Positions 49,505-58,772 of a stretch of DNA of 64,000 nt are shown in pieces. The DNA comes from Chitinophagales bacterium (lineage in GTDB: Bacteria; Bacteroidota; Bacteroidia; Chitinophagales; Saprospiraceae). Position 1 is the first letter of the stretch. Each line of letters starts with the position of its first letter. The notes beneath the pieces were generated by a model. It did no database searches and had not been told where the DNA came from. It was given only the letters and a program-made list of their open reading frames with translations. The stretch is from contig JBBQJT010000009.1 in the NCBI GenBank assembly GCA_038326165.1, forward strand, positions 12,639-76,638, given 5' to 3'. The position numbers and the translations under genes are program-made.

Positions 49505-50344
49505 ATGCAACAATCGAGTCCAATAAACAGCCTAAAAACTCTCCTTTCAAAGGCATTATCACTCGCAAATTCCGCTTCCATTTCCTTGATTGAGAAGGAT
49601 ATGATTATGGCTTTGATAAGGAAAAGTTATGAAGAAGCCAATATGCTTGAAATAGAAAGCAGTTCAATTCCTGAAGAGCAAAATAAACTGGCTACAGATC
49701 CTGTAATCATTCCTAAACCAATTCCAGAAGCAACTCCTGAACCAATAATAATTCCTGAAGTACTGCCTGCTCCTGTTCCATTTGAATTTATTGAAGAAGT
49801 CAAAATCACGGTTCCTGTAGCCGAACAAGTTGTAATTGCAGAGCCTGAAATTATCCAAGCGGAGTCAACTGTTGTTGCGCCAGTTCAATCAGTGGACCTG
49901 TCTTCGCCCGTGATGGAAGAAAAACTTGCACCATCTCCCAATTTTGCTGAATTAATGGAAAAGGTAAAACCAAAAGAGATTGTAATGCCGACTCAGAAGA
50001 TTGAAGAAGAAGATGAGCCAATGTTCTTCTCCGATATACGACTTGAAGATATGTTTGACCCAAAGGCGGCCTCTGAATTATCAGAAAGATTGAGTGCTTC
50101 AAAAATTGATAATATCGTTACAGCAATTGGCTTAAACGAGCGAATCTTTACGGTCAACGAATTATTCGAAGGCAACAATGATGAATTTCAGGATGTATGT
50201 GCCCACTTGAGGCAATTGGGTAGCTATGCACAGGCCAAAAGCTATCTGTCCACCTCCGTTATCGACAGATACAATTGGATGGCTCCGGATAAATTCCGCA
50301 AAGCAAAGGAATTCATCAAATTGGCTCGCAGATTGTACATATAA
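49505..50344 (+). CDS. Hypothetical protein with a central Pro/Glu/Val-rich low-complexity region
   Basis: 279-aa ORF. The middle third is PVIIPKPIPEATPEPIIIPEVLPAPVP-like. The C-terminal ~90 aa look globular (IGLNERIFTVNELFEGNNDEF...). Confidence 0.6.
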   Translation: MQQSSPINSLKTLLSKALSLANSASISLIEKDMIMALIRKSYEEANMLEIESSSIPEEQNKLATDPVIIPKPIPEATPEPIIIPEVLPAPVPFEFIEEVKITVPVAEQVVIAEPEIIQAESTVVAPVQSVDLSSPVMEEKLAPSPNFAELMEKVKPKEIVMPTQKIEEEDEPMFFSDIRLEDMFDPKAASELSERLSASKIDNIVTAIGLNERIFTVNELFEGNNDEFQDVCAHLRQLGSYAQAKSYLSTSVIDRYNWMAPDKFRKAKEFIKLARRLYI

Positions 50345-50359
50345 TCTCAATAAAACAAA

Positions 50360-51328
50360 ATGAAAAAAATTGCTGTATTTACCTCTGGTGGTGATTCTCC
50401 TGGCATGAATGCTGCCATAAGAGCTGTTGTCCGTGCTGGAATCCATTCAGGGCTGGAAGTTTATGGAATATTGCGTGGATACGAAGGAATGATAGATGGA
50501 AACTTTGTGCCAATGGATACCCGCAGCGTAAGCAATATCATCCAGCTCGGTGGCACGATACTCTACACTGCACGAAGTGAAAGATTCCGAACACCAGAGG
50601 GAAGAAAACTGGCGTTTGAAAACCTAAAAGCACACGATATCGATGGTATTGTTGCGATTGGTGGGGACGGAACATTTACAGGAGCTGATATTTTTACCAA
50701 AGAGTATCCACTAAAAATAGTGGGATTGCCGGGAACCATAGACAATGATTTATACGGAACAGATTTCACAATTGGTTATGATACTGCCATAAATACGGCC
50801 ATGTGGGCAATTGACAATATCAAGGATACTGCCAATGCTCATGATCGTTTGTTCTTTGTAGAAGTAATGGGACGCGACAGCGGATTCATAGCGTTGCGCA
50901 GCGCTATAGCCGTGGGAGCCGAAGCAGTTTTAATACCCGAAACACATACAGACATTGATCAATTGTATGATAAAGTTAGAACTCAAAGTGATTTAAAGAA
51001 ACGGGCTTGTATTGTGGTAGTTGCTGAAGGCGACGAATTTGGTGGTGCCTATAAAATATCAGAAGAGATCCGTAAAAGAGATCCGAAGTTAGACATTCGT
51101 GTATCTGTACTCGGGCACATGCAGCGTGGTGGCAGACCCAGTTGTATGGATCGATTTCTTGCCAGCAGATTGGGACTAGAAGCAGTAAAAGCCTTAAATG
51201 ATGGAGTTTCGGGCGTAATGATTGGACAAAGTCATAACAATATCACATATACTCCGTTTGAAAAGTCAATAAAACTAAACAATACCTTAAACCCAGTGTT
51301 GACTGAGATGGTAGAAATCTTATCATGA
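50360..51328 (+). CDS. pfkA: ATP-dependent 6-phosphofructokinase
   Basis: IAVFTSGGDSPGMNAAIRAVVR; IGGDGT; PGTIDND; MGR motifs. Confidence 0.95.
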   Translation: MKKIAVFTSGGDSPGMNAAIRAVVRAGIHSGLEVYGILRGYEGMIDGNFVPMDTRSVSNIIQLGGTILYTARSERFRTPEGRKLAFENLKAHDIDGIVAIGGDGTFTGADIFTKEYPLKIVGLPGTIDNDLYGTDFTIGYDTAINTAMWAIDNIKDTANAHDRLFFVEVMGRDSGFIALRSAIAVGAEAVLIPETHTDIDQLYDKVRTQSDLKKRACIVVVAEGDEFGGAYKISEEIRKRDPKLDIRVSVLGHMQRGGRPSCMDRFLASRLGLEAVKALNDGVSGVMIGQSHNNITYTPFEKSIKLNNTLNPVLTEMVEILS

Positions 51329-52050
51329 ACGATCATTCCACAAATCTTGCATTGCTCAAAAAAAGATTGCGTTGGCCATTGGCCTTTGTGGCGTCCCTGT
51401 GGATTGTACACTTAACCAAGATCTTTTTAGGCTGGGACTTGGGTTTTCTGGGTGTCTTACCTCAAACAAAACAAGGTTTAATAGGAATATTTACTGCACC
51501 ATTTATTCATGGCGATCTTCCTCATTTGATATCCAATACTATTCCTTTGGTCGGGATGTTATTGATTATGGTGTTGGTCTATCCACGTGTTGCATTCAAA
51601 AGTTTCATGCTGATCTATGTTCTGACAGGAATCAGTGTATGGATTTTTGGGCGAAAAATGGTGTTTCATATTGGAGCCAGTGGAGTGGTTTATGGCTTGG
51701 TGGCATTTGTTTTTTGGAGTGGGGTGTTCCGCAGAAGCATGAAATCCATTGTACTAGCTCTCATCATGGTGGTTATTTATACACCAATGTTTGCAGGTAT
51801 CTTTCCAAATAAGGAAGGTGTGTCTTGGGAAAGTCATTTATTGGGAGCCATCATGGGTGTATTCACTTCATTTTACTTTAAACAAGAACTGGAAGTTGAT
51901 GAAATGGAAGAGTCAAATCATATAGTAGATCCTGAAATGGAAGCTAAAGCCTATTTCTTTCCACGTGACGTATTCGAAAAAACGAAAGCTGAAAGAGCGG
52001 CTGAACAATTGCGCAACAGTCAGAACTGGATGTCTGACACTTCTTTGTAA
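51325..52050 (+). CDS. Rhomboid-family intramembrane serine protease
   Basis: Six TM helices. Catalytic GASGVVYG and a downstream His (SHLLGAIMG). Overlaps pfkA by 4 nt. Confidence 0.85.
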   Translation: MNDHSTNLALLKKRLRWPLAFVASLWIVHLTKIFLGWDLGFLGVLPQTKQGLIGIFTAPFIHGDLPHLISNTIPLVGMLLIMVLVYPRVAFKSFMLIYVLTGISVWIFGRKMVFHIGASGVVYGLVAFVFWSGVFRRSMKSIVLALIMVVIYTPMFAGIFPNKEGVSWESHLLGAIMGVFTSFYFKQELEVDEMEESNHIVDPEMEAKAYFFPRDVFEKTKAERAAEQLRNSQNWMSDTSL

Positions 52051-52293
52051 CCCCTGCTAATCAATCCTTTTACTATCTAATTAATTTTTGATAGGTAAAA
52101 ATCACTAGTCTCCACGCAATGGATATTATTGAGAAATACACCTAGATTTCTATTGAATTTTTGCAGTTCAACCTAAGTGAATACTTCATCGATCACGTTT
52201 CAAGATGTTAATAAATCGTTTACTACTTTCTATCTTCAGCCTGAATTTTGATTTGTATTCAAAAAATTGGAACTTGCAGTCTTAAATTATTTC

Positions 52294-52857
52294 ATGAAAT
52301 TAACATTTCAACTACTTTTTGTTTTTTTCCTGCTCATCGGCAATGGTCTGGTTGGACAGAATTACAATTACGTTGAACAGGCGCGGAGCAAGGAAAAGCT
52401 TGATACCATTTACCCGTACAATGTGCTGCTCAAAACAATGAATGGCGACTCAAGTATCAGCAATAAACTTTTTGCTGCCAATGGCAAGCCTAGTTTATTG
52501 ATTTTTTGGCTGACTACCTGTTATCCTTGTAGAATGGAAATGGATGCCATAGCCATTAAATATCCTGAATGGCAAAAAGAGTTGGCTTTCAACACCTATG
52601 CGATTTCTACAGACTGGGCTCATAATATAGGATCTATCAATAAACGCTGGAAAGACAGGGAATGGCCTTTTGAATTTGTTTGGGATTACCACAAGGAATT
52701 CAAAGAAATAATGCCTGGTGGTTTGAACGGTTTGCCGCAAGCTTTTGTGATTGATGGAAAAGGCAAGATAGTATTTCACAAAAGGAAATACAATACTGGG
52801 GACGAAGATTTACTCTTCGAACAATTGAAATTGGCCGCGCATGCAACCAGTCATTAA
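52294..52857 (+). CDS. TlpA-like thioredoxin-fold thiol-disulfide oxidoreductase
   Basis: Signal/anchor peptide. CxxC motif in WLTTCYPC. The likely start is the internal ATG (MKLTFQLLF) at 52294. Confidence 0.8.
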   Translation: MKLTFQLLFVFFLLIGNGLVGQNYNYVEQARSKEKLDTIYPYNVLLKTMNGDSSISNKLFAANGKPSLLIFWLTTCYPCRMEMDAIAIKYPEWQKELAFNTYAISTDWAHNIGSINKRWKDREWPFEFVWDYHKEFKEIMPGGLNGLPQAFVIDGKGKIVFHKRKYNTGDEDLLFEQLKLAAHATSH

Positions 52858-52870
52858 TATCGGTTGGAAA

Positions 52871-52990
52871 TTACTCCGCTTTCTTAGCAGCAAGCTTAAG
52901 CTTTGCTAATTTTGCAGCTTTAGGTCGGCTATTACCGTTACTTCCAAGGATGATTTTTCCTCTTTTTGATCTTTTATCTCCTTTACCCAT
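52871..52990 (-). CDS. 30S ribosomal protein THX (39 aa), absent from the supplied ORF track
   Basis: The minus strand encodes MGKGDKRSKRGKIILGSNGNSRPKAAKLAKLKLAAKKAE. This matches the MGKGD(R/K)R(T/S)(R/K)RGKI...G..RP signature of Thermus and Bacteroidota THX. A TAGCTTTG -7 box lies upstream. Confidence 0.8.
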   Translation of the reverse strand: MGKGDKRSKRGKIILGSNGNSRPKAAKLAKLKLAAKKAE

Positions 52991-53016
52991 GGTGGTATTT
53001 ATTTGAATTAAGGGTG

Positions 53017-53024
53017 CAAAGCTA
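53017..53024 (-). promoter_or_regulatory. Bacteroidota-type -7 promoter box (TAGCTTTG) for the THX gene
   Basis: The minus strand reads aatgTAGCTTTGcacccttaattcaaataaataccaccATG. Confidence 0.4.
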
Positions 53025-53050
53025 CATTAAATAGACATGAAATGAAACTC

Positions 53051-53893
53051 CTAAGCGAAATCTCTTATTCTATACCCGTGGCTATAGACATTGAACCGTC
53101 CTGATTTCAAAAATCCAACCAGACTAATTCCAGCCTCAACCGACAATTCTACTGCCAAACTGGAGGGTGCTCCAATAGCTGCAACTACTGGTATTCCTAT
53201 CATTGCTGCTTTTTGTATCAATTCAAAACTCGATCTTCCACTCAGCAAAAGTATATCTGGGTTGAGTTCGGTGTGATTTAATAAATATCCAGCTATTTTA
53301 TCCAGCGCATTGTGTCTTCCTACATCTTCTCTCAACGTGATCAGTGTTCCTGTTTCCGTAAAAATTCCGGCTGCATGCAAACCACCTGTCGATTCAAATA
53401 CTGATTGTGCTTCGAGTAAAGTTTGTGGCAATGACATCAAAACATTCGGATCAATTGCTAGTTGGAGTGATGTTAAAGCTCTTTTTCGGACTTGAAAAAT
53501 GGATTCTATACTTGACTTGCCACAAACACCACAACTGCTGCTGGTGTAAAAGTGCCTGTCTAGTTTGCTCGTATCTGGATTGAAATCCTTTCTTAATTGA
53601 ACAGCAATCACATTATCTCCATTCACAGTTTGCCAGACTGGAAGCCTTTCCACAGCCGATATTTCATGAAATGATTCAATAATTCCCTCCGTAAACAGAA
53701 ATCCTAAAGCCAATTCTTCATCATTGCCTGGAGTGCGCATCGTAATGGATATTGGCTTGCGAATTAATATTCCATTAGACCAATACTCCAGTTGAATTTC
53801 CAACGGCTCCTCAACAGCGAGTTCGTCCATTTCAGTAGTCAAACCCTTATTGTGCCATTTCTGAATCGGAACTTGCTTAGAATGCCTTTTCAT
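53051..53893 (-). CDS. fdhD: Formate dehydrogenase accessory sulfurtransferase FdhD
   Basis: Conserved active-site loop FYTSSSCGVCGK. 280 aa. Confidence 0.9.
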   Translation of the reverse strand: MKRHSKQVPIQKWHNKGLTTEMDELAVEEPLEIQLEYWSNGILIRKPISITMRTPGNDEELALGFLFTEGIIESFHEISAVERLPVWQTVNGDNVIAVQLRKDFNPDTSKLDRHFYTSSSCGVCGKSSIESIFQVRKRALTSLQLAIDPNVLMSLPQTLLEAQSVFESTGGLHAAGIFTETGTLITLREDVGRHNALDKIAGYLLNHTELNPDILLLSGRSSFELIQKAAMIGIPVVAAIGAPSSLAVELSVEAGISLVGFLKSGRFNVYSHGYRIRDFA

Positions 53894-53896
53894 TAT

Positions 53897-55396
53897 TTAT
53901 TGTTTGAATGGCAACAATGCGTCTGCAATTTTACGATCATTGGACAGCCTTGGAACTTTGTTTTGACCACCCAACTTACCTTGACTTTTCATGTACTCTC
54001 TAAAAGCACCCTTTTTCAACACGGTTAACACCAATGGTTGCAATATCTTGCCCGATATTAGATCTTGATAATAGATGTTCTGTTCAATCATGGCCTTGTC
54101 CAATTCCTCCGCAAATTTTATGGGATCACTAGGAAATTGGTCGAACTCAACAAACCACTCGTGATAAGGCTTGGATCCAGATTCAGTATTCACTTGTGGT
54201 GCTACGGTAAATTCTACAACACTGCAGGTAATCTTGGCACTTGCTTGTCGCAAAGCAGCTTCCACTTCCTTGCCTATCACATGTTCGCCAAAGGCTGAAA
54301 TAAAGTGCTTTACCCGCCCAGTTACCCTGATTCGGAATGGTTGCAATGAAGTAAATTCGACTGTATCGCCAATGTTATATCCCCATAGACCAGCATTGTT
54401 GTTGATGATGATGGCATAATTAACTCCCATTTGCACTTGGCCCAAATGTAGTCGTGTTGGGTGTTCTGCATATATTTCATCAGCGGGAACAAACTCAAAA
54501 TAGATACCTGAATTGGCATTGATCAACAGCCCCGAATCACCCTGTTTATCTTGAAATGCTATGAAGCCCTCCGATGCCGGATAAGTCTCCACACTATCAA
54601 TTCGTTGGCCTACCAGTCTTTCAAGTGCAGAACGATAAGGTTCAAAATTAACTCCCCCATATACGAACATATCAAAATTGGGGAAAAGCTTTTTGATGGT
54701 TGATTTGCCTGATTTTTCGAGCAGTCGTTCGTAATACATTTGAACCCAAGGTGGAATTCCGCTGATAAGTCGCATATCCTGCCCTATTGTTTCCTTAACA
54801 ATTGCATCCAATTTTTCTTCCCAATCATCTATACAATTGGTGGTGTAACTTGGGAGCTGGTTGGTTTTCAACCATTGTGGGACCTGATGATTCACTATAC
54901 CTGATAGTCTGCCAGTGAGTATGTCTCCTGTTTTTTCAAGTTCTGGGCTACCAGACAGGAAGATTATCTTTCCATCAAAAAAACTACCTTTGCCAGTAGT
55001 GGAATAGTAATGCAATAGTGCATTGCGTGCGGTACCAAAATGATTACTCAAGCTGTCCTTGGTTAAGGGAATGTACTTAGCACCTGAAGTTGTACCACTT
55101 GTTTTGGCAAAATATATGGGAATGCCTGGCCATAAAACGTTGCGTTCGCCCTCTTTTATTTTAGCAATATACCCAGCTAAGGCTTCATAATCTCTGATTG
55201 GAACCGAATCTGAAAAATCTTGGGCAGTTTTAATTTCATGAAATGAGTGATCCCTTCCAAAGTTCGTCTTTGCAGCCTTAAGGACCAGTTTTTCTCTAAT
55301 CCTATGCTGACAATTGACTGCATCAGCACTCCACCTGCGGATGTCAGCGGATACCTTATTGGCATATAGCCGTATCAAATTTGATTTTAATCCCAT
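53897..55396 (-). CDS. GH3-family (acyl-acid amido synthetase-like, adenylate-forming) protein
   Basis: FAKTSGTTSGAKYIP adenylation motif. ~500 aa with the bacterial 'GH3 auxin-responsive promoter' layout. It ends 3 nt upstream of the fdhD start. Confidence 0.85.
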   Translation of the reverse strand: MGLKSNLIRLYANKVSADIRRWSADAVNCQHRIREKLVLKAAKTNFGRDHSFHEIKTAQDFSDSVPIRDYEALAGYIAKIKEGERNVLWPGIPIYFAKTSGTTSGAKYIPLTKDSLSNHFGTARNALLHYYSTTGKGSFFDGKIIFLSGSPELEKTGDILTGRLSGIVNHQVPQWLKTNQLPSYTTNCIDDWEEKLDAIVKETIGQDMRLISGIPPWVQMYYERLLEKSGKSTIKKLFPNFDMFVYGGVNFEPYRSALERLVGQRIDSVETYPASEGFIAFQDKQGDSGLLINANSGIYFEFVPADEIYAEHPTRLHLGQVQMGVNYAIIINNNAGLWGYNIGDTVEFTSLQPFRIRVTGRVKHFISAFGEHVIGKEVEAALRQASAKITCSVVEFTVAPQVNTESGSKPYHEWFVEFDQFPSDPIKFAEELDKAMIEQNIYYQDLISGKILQPLVLTVLKKGAFREYMKSQGKLGGQNKVPRLSNDRKIADALLPFKQ

Positions 55397-55508
55397 AGAA
55401 AGTAAAGTTATGTTAAGCCTTCCAATCCTTGGTTATAAATTGCTTTATTTAGTATTTTGAATCAAGTTTTTGACGTGAAATTCTCTAGTAAAATACTTTA
55501 TGCTTTTG

Positions 55509-57218
55509 CTATCTGAAGGTATAATCAACTCCGGTAACTTGAGTCAAAAGTGTGTCAGGCGCGTCCAATATTATTGCATTTTTCTCGGGTTTAGGCGTAA
55601 CGGGTGAATTCTTTTGCAAATACTCTGTCATTGTCTTGTGTAAGGTTGAGCTTGTATTCTTTGGCTCTAAAACTCCTTTTATTCTGCACAGCATATCTGT
55701 TGGATCACCATCACGCTCGCATGCCAATATTGAATATAGCTTATCCATTTCAATTGGCTTTCCCTTGATCGTTAATGATTGAATTCTTTTGCCCATTTCA
55801 CCAAAAGCATTGAAGCTGGCTTCCATTCCTTTGAATTTGACTACCCATCCACCAAAACGTTTGGTTGCATCCTTTGCAAAAACATTGTTTAATTCCTTTT
55901 CAAGCCATTCATTCAGTTGTTTTCCTGAAACCATGGCGGTACGAACCGTGCTGTCAACTGGCAGCATGTCAAATACAAATCCATTGGTGATGGGAATATT
56001 GCCCGTACCGTCAGGAGTAGTTCTCGGGGGGCAAAATCGGAATCCGTTGCTCAAAACAATGTCGATTTCGGGAAATTTCCAACTGAGCGCATCCAGAATC
56101 ATGGTATCAATTGGATTTTCGACTACAAAATATCTGTACAGTGGGATGGTACTATAACCTATAATTTGGTTGATATCTTTTTTGAAGTCTGCCTCATTTT
56201 CGGATAGTAATTGATCAATTTGCTTGTTTGGTTTTAATTTATCAGATTCTACTTCAAGAAGCTCATAATGATCTTCAATTACAATTCCGTTTTCAATAGT
56301 TAGGTCTAATTTTCCAATAAATGAACCAAAGGCTCCTGGTTCAACTACTTTGGCATACTTGCATTGAATGGGCTTCCTGACTCGTTCATGTGTGTCGCCT
56401 CCAAGTATGTAATTAACGCCTTCACATTCAGGGGAGTCAGCAAGTGCGATCTGCTGTGATAAGCCCAAATGAGCTATGATGATAATGAAATTACATTGCT
56501 CTTGATTCTTTAATACATCAATGTAGTAAGCGAGATTCTCTTCTGGTTTGGTGTACAATATGCCCTTGCTGTAATTGGGGCTTTGTCGCAATGGAACCAA
56601 AGGGTCGGTATAACCGATAAATCCAATTTTGGCACCGGCTACACTCCAAGTATAATAAGCTTGAAAAATCAGCTCTCCTTTTTTGCCTTCTCCCCAATCG
56701 TGGTACATATTGGCACATATTTTTGGGGCGGACAATTTACCCAACAAGGTTTGCATTTTTCTCTTCCCATATATCACCTCCCAATTCCCAGGCAAATACA
56801 AGTCATAATCCATTGCGTTCAATATGGGAACAAAAGCCATTCCAGTTGTTTTGACACTCAGCTCGCTGCCTTGAAACATATCACCTGTGTCGATAACAAA
56901 AGTATTGGGGTTGCTCTTTTTTAATTGCTTCAGCATGGTAGCCATGTGGGCATAACCACCAGTTTTTCTGAAAACCGTCTTCCCATTTTCCCAAAACAAT
57001 TCGTCATGTGGGTGTATTTGGCAGTGAACATCTGTGGTTTGAAGAATGCTAATTGTAGTTTTTTGACCTCCAATTGGTTTTTCATTATCCAAAACTAATT
57101 CATCAACGGAGTCTGACTGGTTTTGCAATGAAAATCCTGAAAGCGGCGCCACGAGCCCCACTCCAAGACCAAACTGCCCGAGGGATTTTATAAATTTCCG
57201 TCTTTTATTGTTCTCCAT
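55509..57218 (-). CDS. Tat-exported metallophosphoesterase / 5'-nucleotidase-family protein, SoxB-like (putative thiosulfohydrolase)
   Basis: Twin-arginine signal NKRRKFIKSLG. Metallophosphoesterase motifs (TTDVHCQ, DTGDMFQGS, GNWE, GGDTHE). C-terminal 5'-nucleotidase-type domain. The sulfur-gene context supports SoxB rather than a nucleotidase. Confidence 0.65.
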   Translation of the reverse strand: MENNKRRKFIKSLGQFGLGVGLVAPLSGFSLQNQSDSVDELVLDNEKPIGGQKTTISILQTTDVHCQIHPHDELFWENGKTVFRKTGGYAHMATMLKQLKKSNPNTFVIDTGDMFQGSELSVKTTGMAFVPILNAMDYDLYLPGNWEVIYGKRKMQTLLGKLSAPKICANMYHDWGEGKKGELIFQAYYTWSVAGAKIGFIGYTDPLVPLRQSPNYSKGILYTKPEENLAYYIDVLKNQEQCNFIIIIAHLGLSQQIALADSPECEGVNYILGGDTHERVRKPIQCKYAKVVEPGAFGSFIGKLDLTIENGIVIEDHYELLEVESDKLKPNKQIDQLLSENEADFKKDINQIIGYSTIPLYRYFVVENPIDTMILDALSWKFPEIDIVLSNGFRFCPPRTTPDGTGNIPITNGFVFDMLPVDSTVRTAMVSGKQLNEWLEKELNNVFAKDATKRFGGWVVKFKGMEASFNAFGEMGKRIQSLTIKGKPIEMDKLYSILACERDGDPTDMLCRIKGVLEPKNTSSTLHKTMTEYLQKNSPVTPKPEKNAIILDAPDTLLTQVTGVDYTFR

Positions 57219-57227
57219 GTTTTTTGT

Positions 57228-57647
57228 TTAAAATCCACCTTTGATGTAACTCCATCCCATTTCTTGTTTTTCAACTATTTCCGCTATTCCGGCGGCAACA
57301 ATTTGTGCTTCTGGCAAAAGTTCTGATACTAAAATTTTTCGTTGTTTCATTGTGTTTTCGCAAACCATGAATGAAATGTCCATCGACTTTAGCTCGCTAA
57401 TGGCAGCAATGTGCTTGGATTTGGCGGACATCAAATAATCAATTCCGTTGTTATAAAGCACCACTTCAATTTTGGCTTTGGGCCAATGGGCTCTAAGATT
57501 TTGAAGTTGTTTGGTGAAGGCTTTTTGTTGCAGCGTATCTTGGGCGTTGGTAAAAGCGAAGACTATTTTATGCTGTTTTTTTTGTGCGAATGCATTTGCG
57601 CTGCCCACTGTGAGAAGCAAAATAACTAAAAACTTGATGTATTTCAT
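57228..57647 (-). CDS. DsrE/DsrF-like (COG1416-type) protein with an N-terminal signal peptide
   Basis: Signal MKYIKFLVILLLTVGSANAFA. Core IVFAF...VVLYNNGIDYL...ISFMVCENTMKQRKI, with the conserved Cys in the 'xACxNT' position. Confidence 0.65.
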   Translation of the reverse strand: MKYIKFLVILLLTVGSANAFAQKKQHKIVFAFTNAQDTLQQKAFTKQLQNLRAHWPKAKIEVVLYNNGIDYLMSAKSKHIAAISELKSMDISFMVCENTMKQRKILVSELLPEAQIVAAGIAEIVEKQEMGWSYIKGGF

Positions 57648-57653
57648 TTGAGG

Positions 57654-58754
57654 CTATATTTTGTTTTTTGACAACTTTTTCTTTTCGCTGATGATGGGTG
57701 CAAATGGACCGAGCTTGTGTTGCTCTTCTGAAAACTGATCCGCAAAAGGACCAAAAGGATGATCAAAAGGCTTTTCCGCAATTTTAGGCCAATCTGAACT
57801 CAGATCTTTGATTGGTCTTGCTTGAGAATTTACAAATGCCGCCAAGTCCCAACACTCTTCATCTGTTAATAAAGGGTTCTGAAAACTTGCGCCTTGTGGC
57901 ATGTTGTATTTTATATAACCGGCAAATCGGCTCATTCTGAATAAGCCTGCGCCAATGTTGTATGAATTTTTTCCCCAAAGTGGCGGATATGTATATTCTG
58001 TTTGGTTAGCGGCAAAGATCCCTTGACCATCCGCTTGGTGACAACTTTGACATTTTAGCTCGAACAGCACTTTACCCTTTTCAGGATCCAGTTTTCTATT
58101 CAAAGCCGTCAATTCATAGATACCAGTTGCTTTGGGTTTTGTTCCTTTCTTCACATCACTGCCTATGTATTCAATGTAGGCTTTCATCGCAAGAATTTCT
58201 TTGCTGGTATTGGGCAATGGTTTGCCATTCAGGCTACGTTCAAAGCAATCATTTATTCGCTTAAAGATATCCTCCTCTTTTCCGCTGCGCGCTCTGTATT
58301 TGGGATAAGTAGCATAAACTGCTCCATAGTTATTTCCCCAGGGTTTGGTTCCTGCATCCATATGGCAGTTTTGACAGTTCATACCATTGGTGGATTGTGA
58401 AACAGATCCTTTGGGTCCCAGATATTTTGAGGTATGTGCAATTAGTTCTTTGCCGTACTCAATTTGTTCTTGGGTTGCCTGATCGGATTTCAGCGTTTTC
58501 ATGTCTGTTGGTTTCCAAAAGCTGGCTATTTCGTTTTCCATTTTTGAAATGGAATCCCTTTTGGCTGTAGCTTCCTTGAAGGCTTTGTCAAAAGCAATTT
58601 CCTCAGGGGATTTTTTGAACCAGTACCTTGGATCAGGATTGAAAAACAATGCAAGCATTAAAAGAATAACACCAAAAACCATGAATGTCATCATCAAAGA
58701 CAATTGCTTGATTATCTTAAGAAATCGTTCATCATTTATACTTTGAGGTGTCAT
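57654..58754 (-). CDS. Membrane-anchored dihaem c-type cytochrome, TsdA/SoxA-like (putative thiosulfate dehydrogenase)
   Basis: Two CxxCH motifs (CQNCH, CQSCH). RINDCFERSLNG follows haem 1, where TsdA/SoxA families carry the Cys haem ligand. N-terminal TM anchor. Confidence 0.75.
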   Translation of the reverse strand: MTPQSINDERFLKIIKQLSLMMTFMVFGVILLMLALFFNPDPRYWFKKSPEEIAFDKAFKEATAKRDSISKMENEIASFWKPTDMKTLKSDQATQEQIEYGKELIAHTSKYLGPKGSVSQSTNGMNCQNCHMDAGTKPWGNNYGAVYATYPKYRARSGKEEDIFKRINDCFERSLNGKPLPNTSKEILAMKAYIEYIGSDVKKGTKPKATGIYELTALNRKLDPEKGKVLFELKCQSCHQADGQGIFAANQTEYTYPPLWGKNSYNIGAGLFRMSRFAGYIKYNMPQGASFQNPLLTDEECWDLAAFVNSQARPIKDLSSDWPKIAEKPFDHPFGPFADQFSEEQHKLGPFAPIISEKKKLSKNKI

Positions 58755-58772
58755 AAAGCTATTTTATGATAA

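Noticed and set aside
53051-53893. A selenocysteine/formate dehydrogenase system implied by fdhD
   Set aside because: I saw no FDH catalytic subunit, no in-frame TGA in a molybdoenzyme-like ORF and no SECIS-like hairpin in the window.
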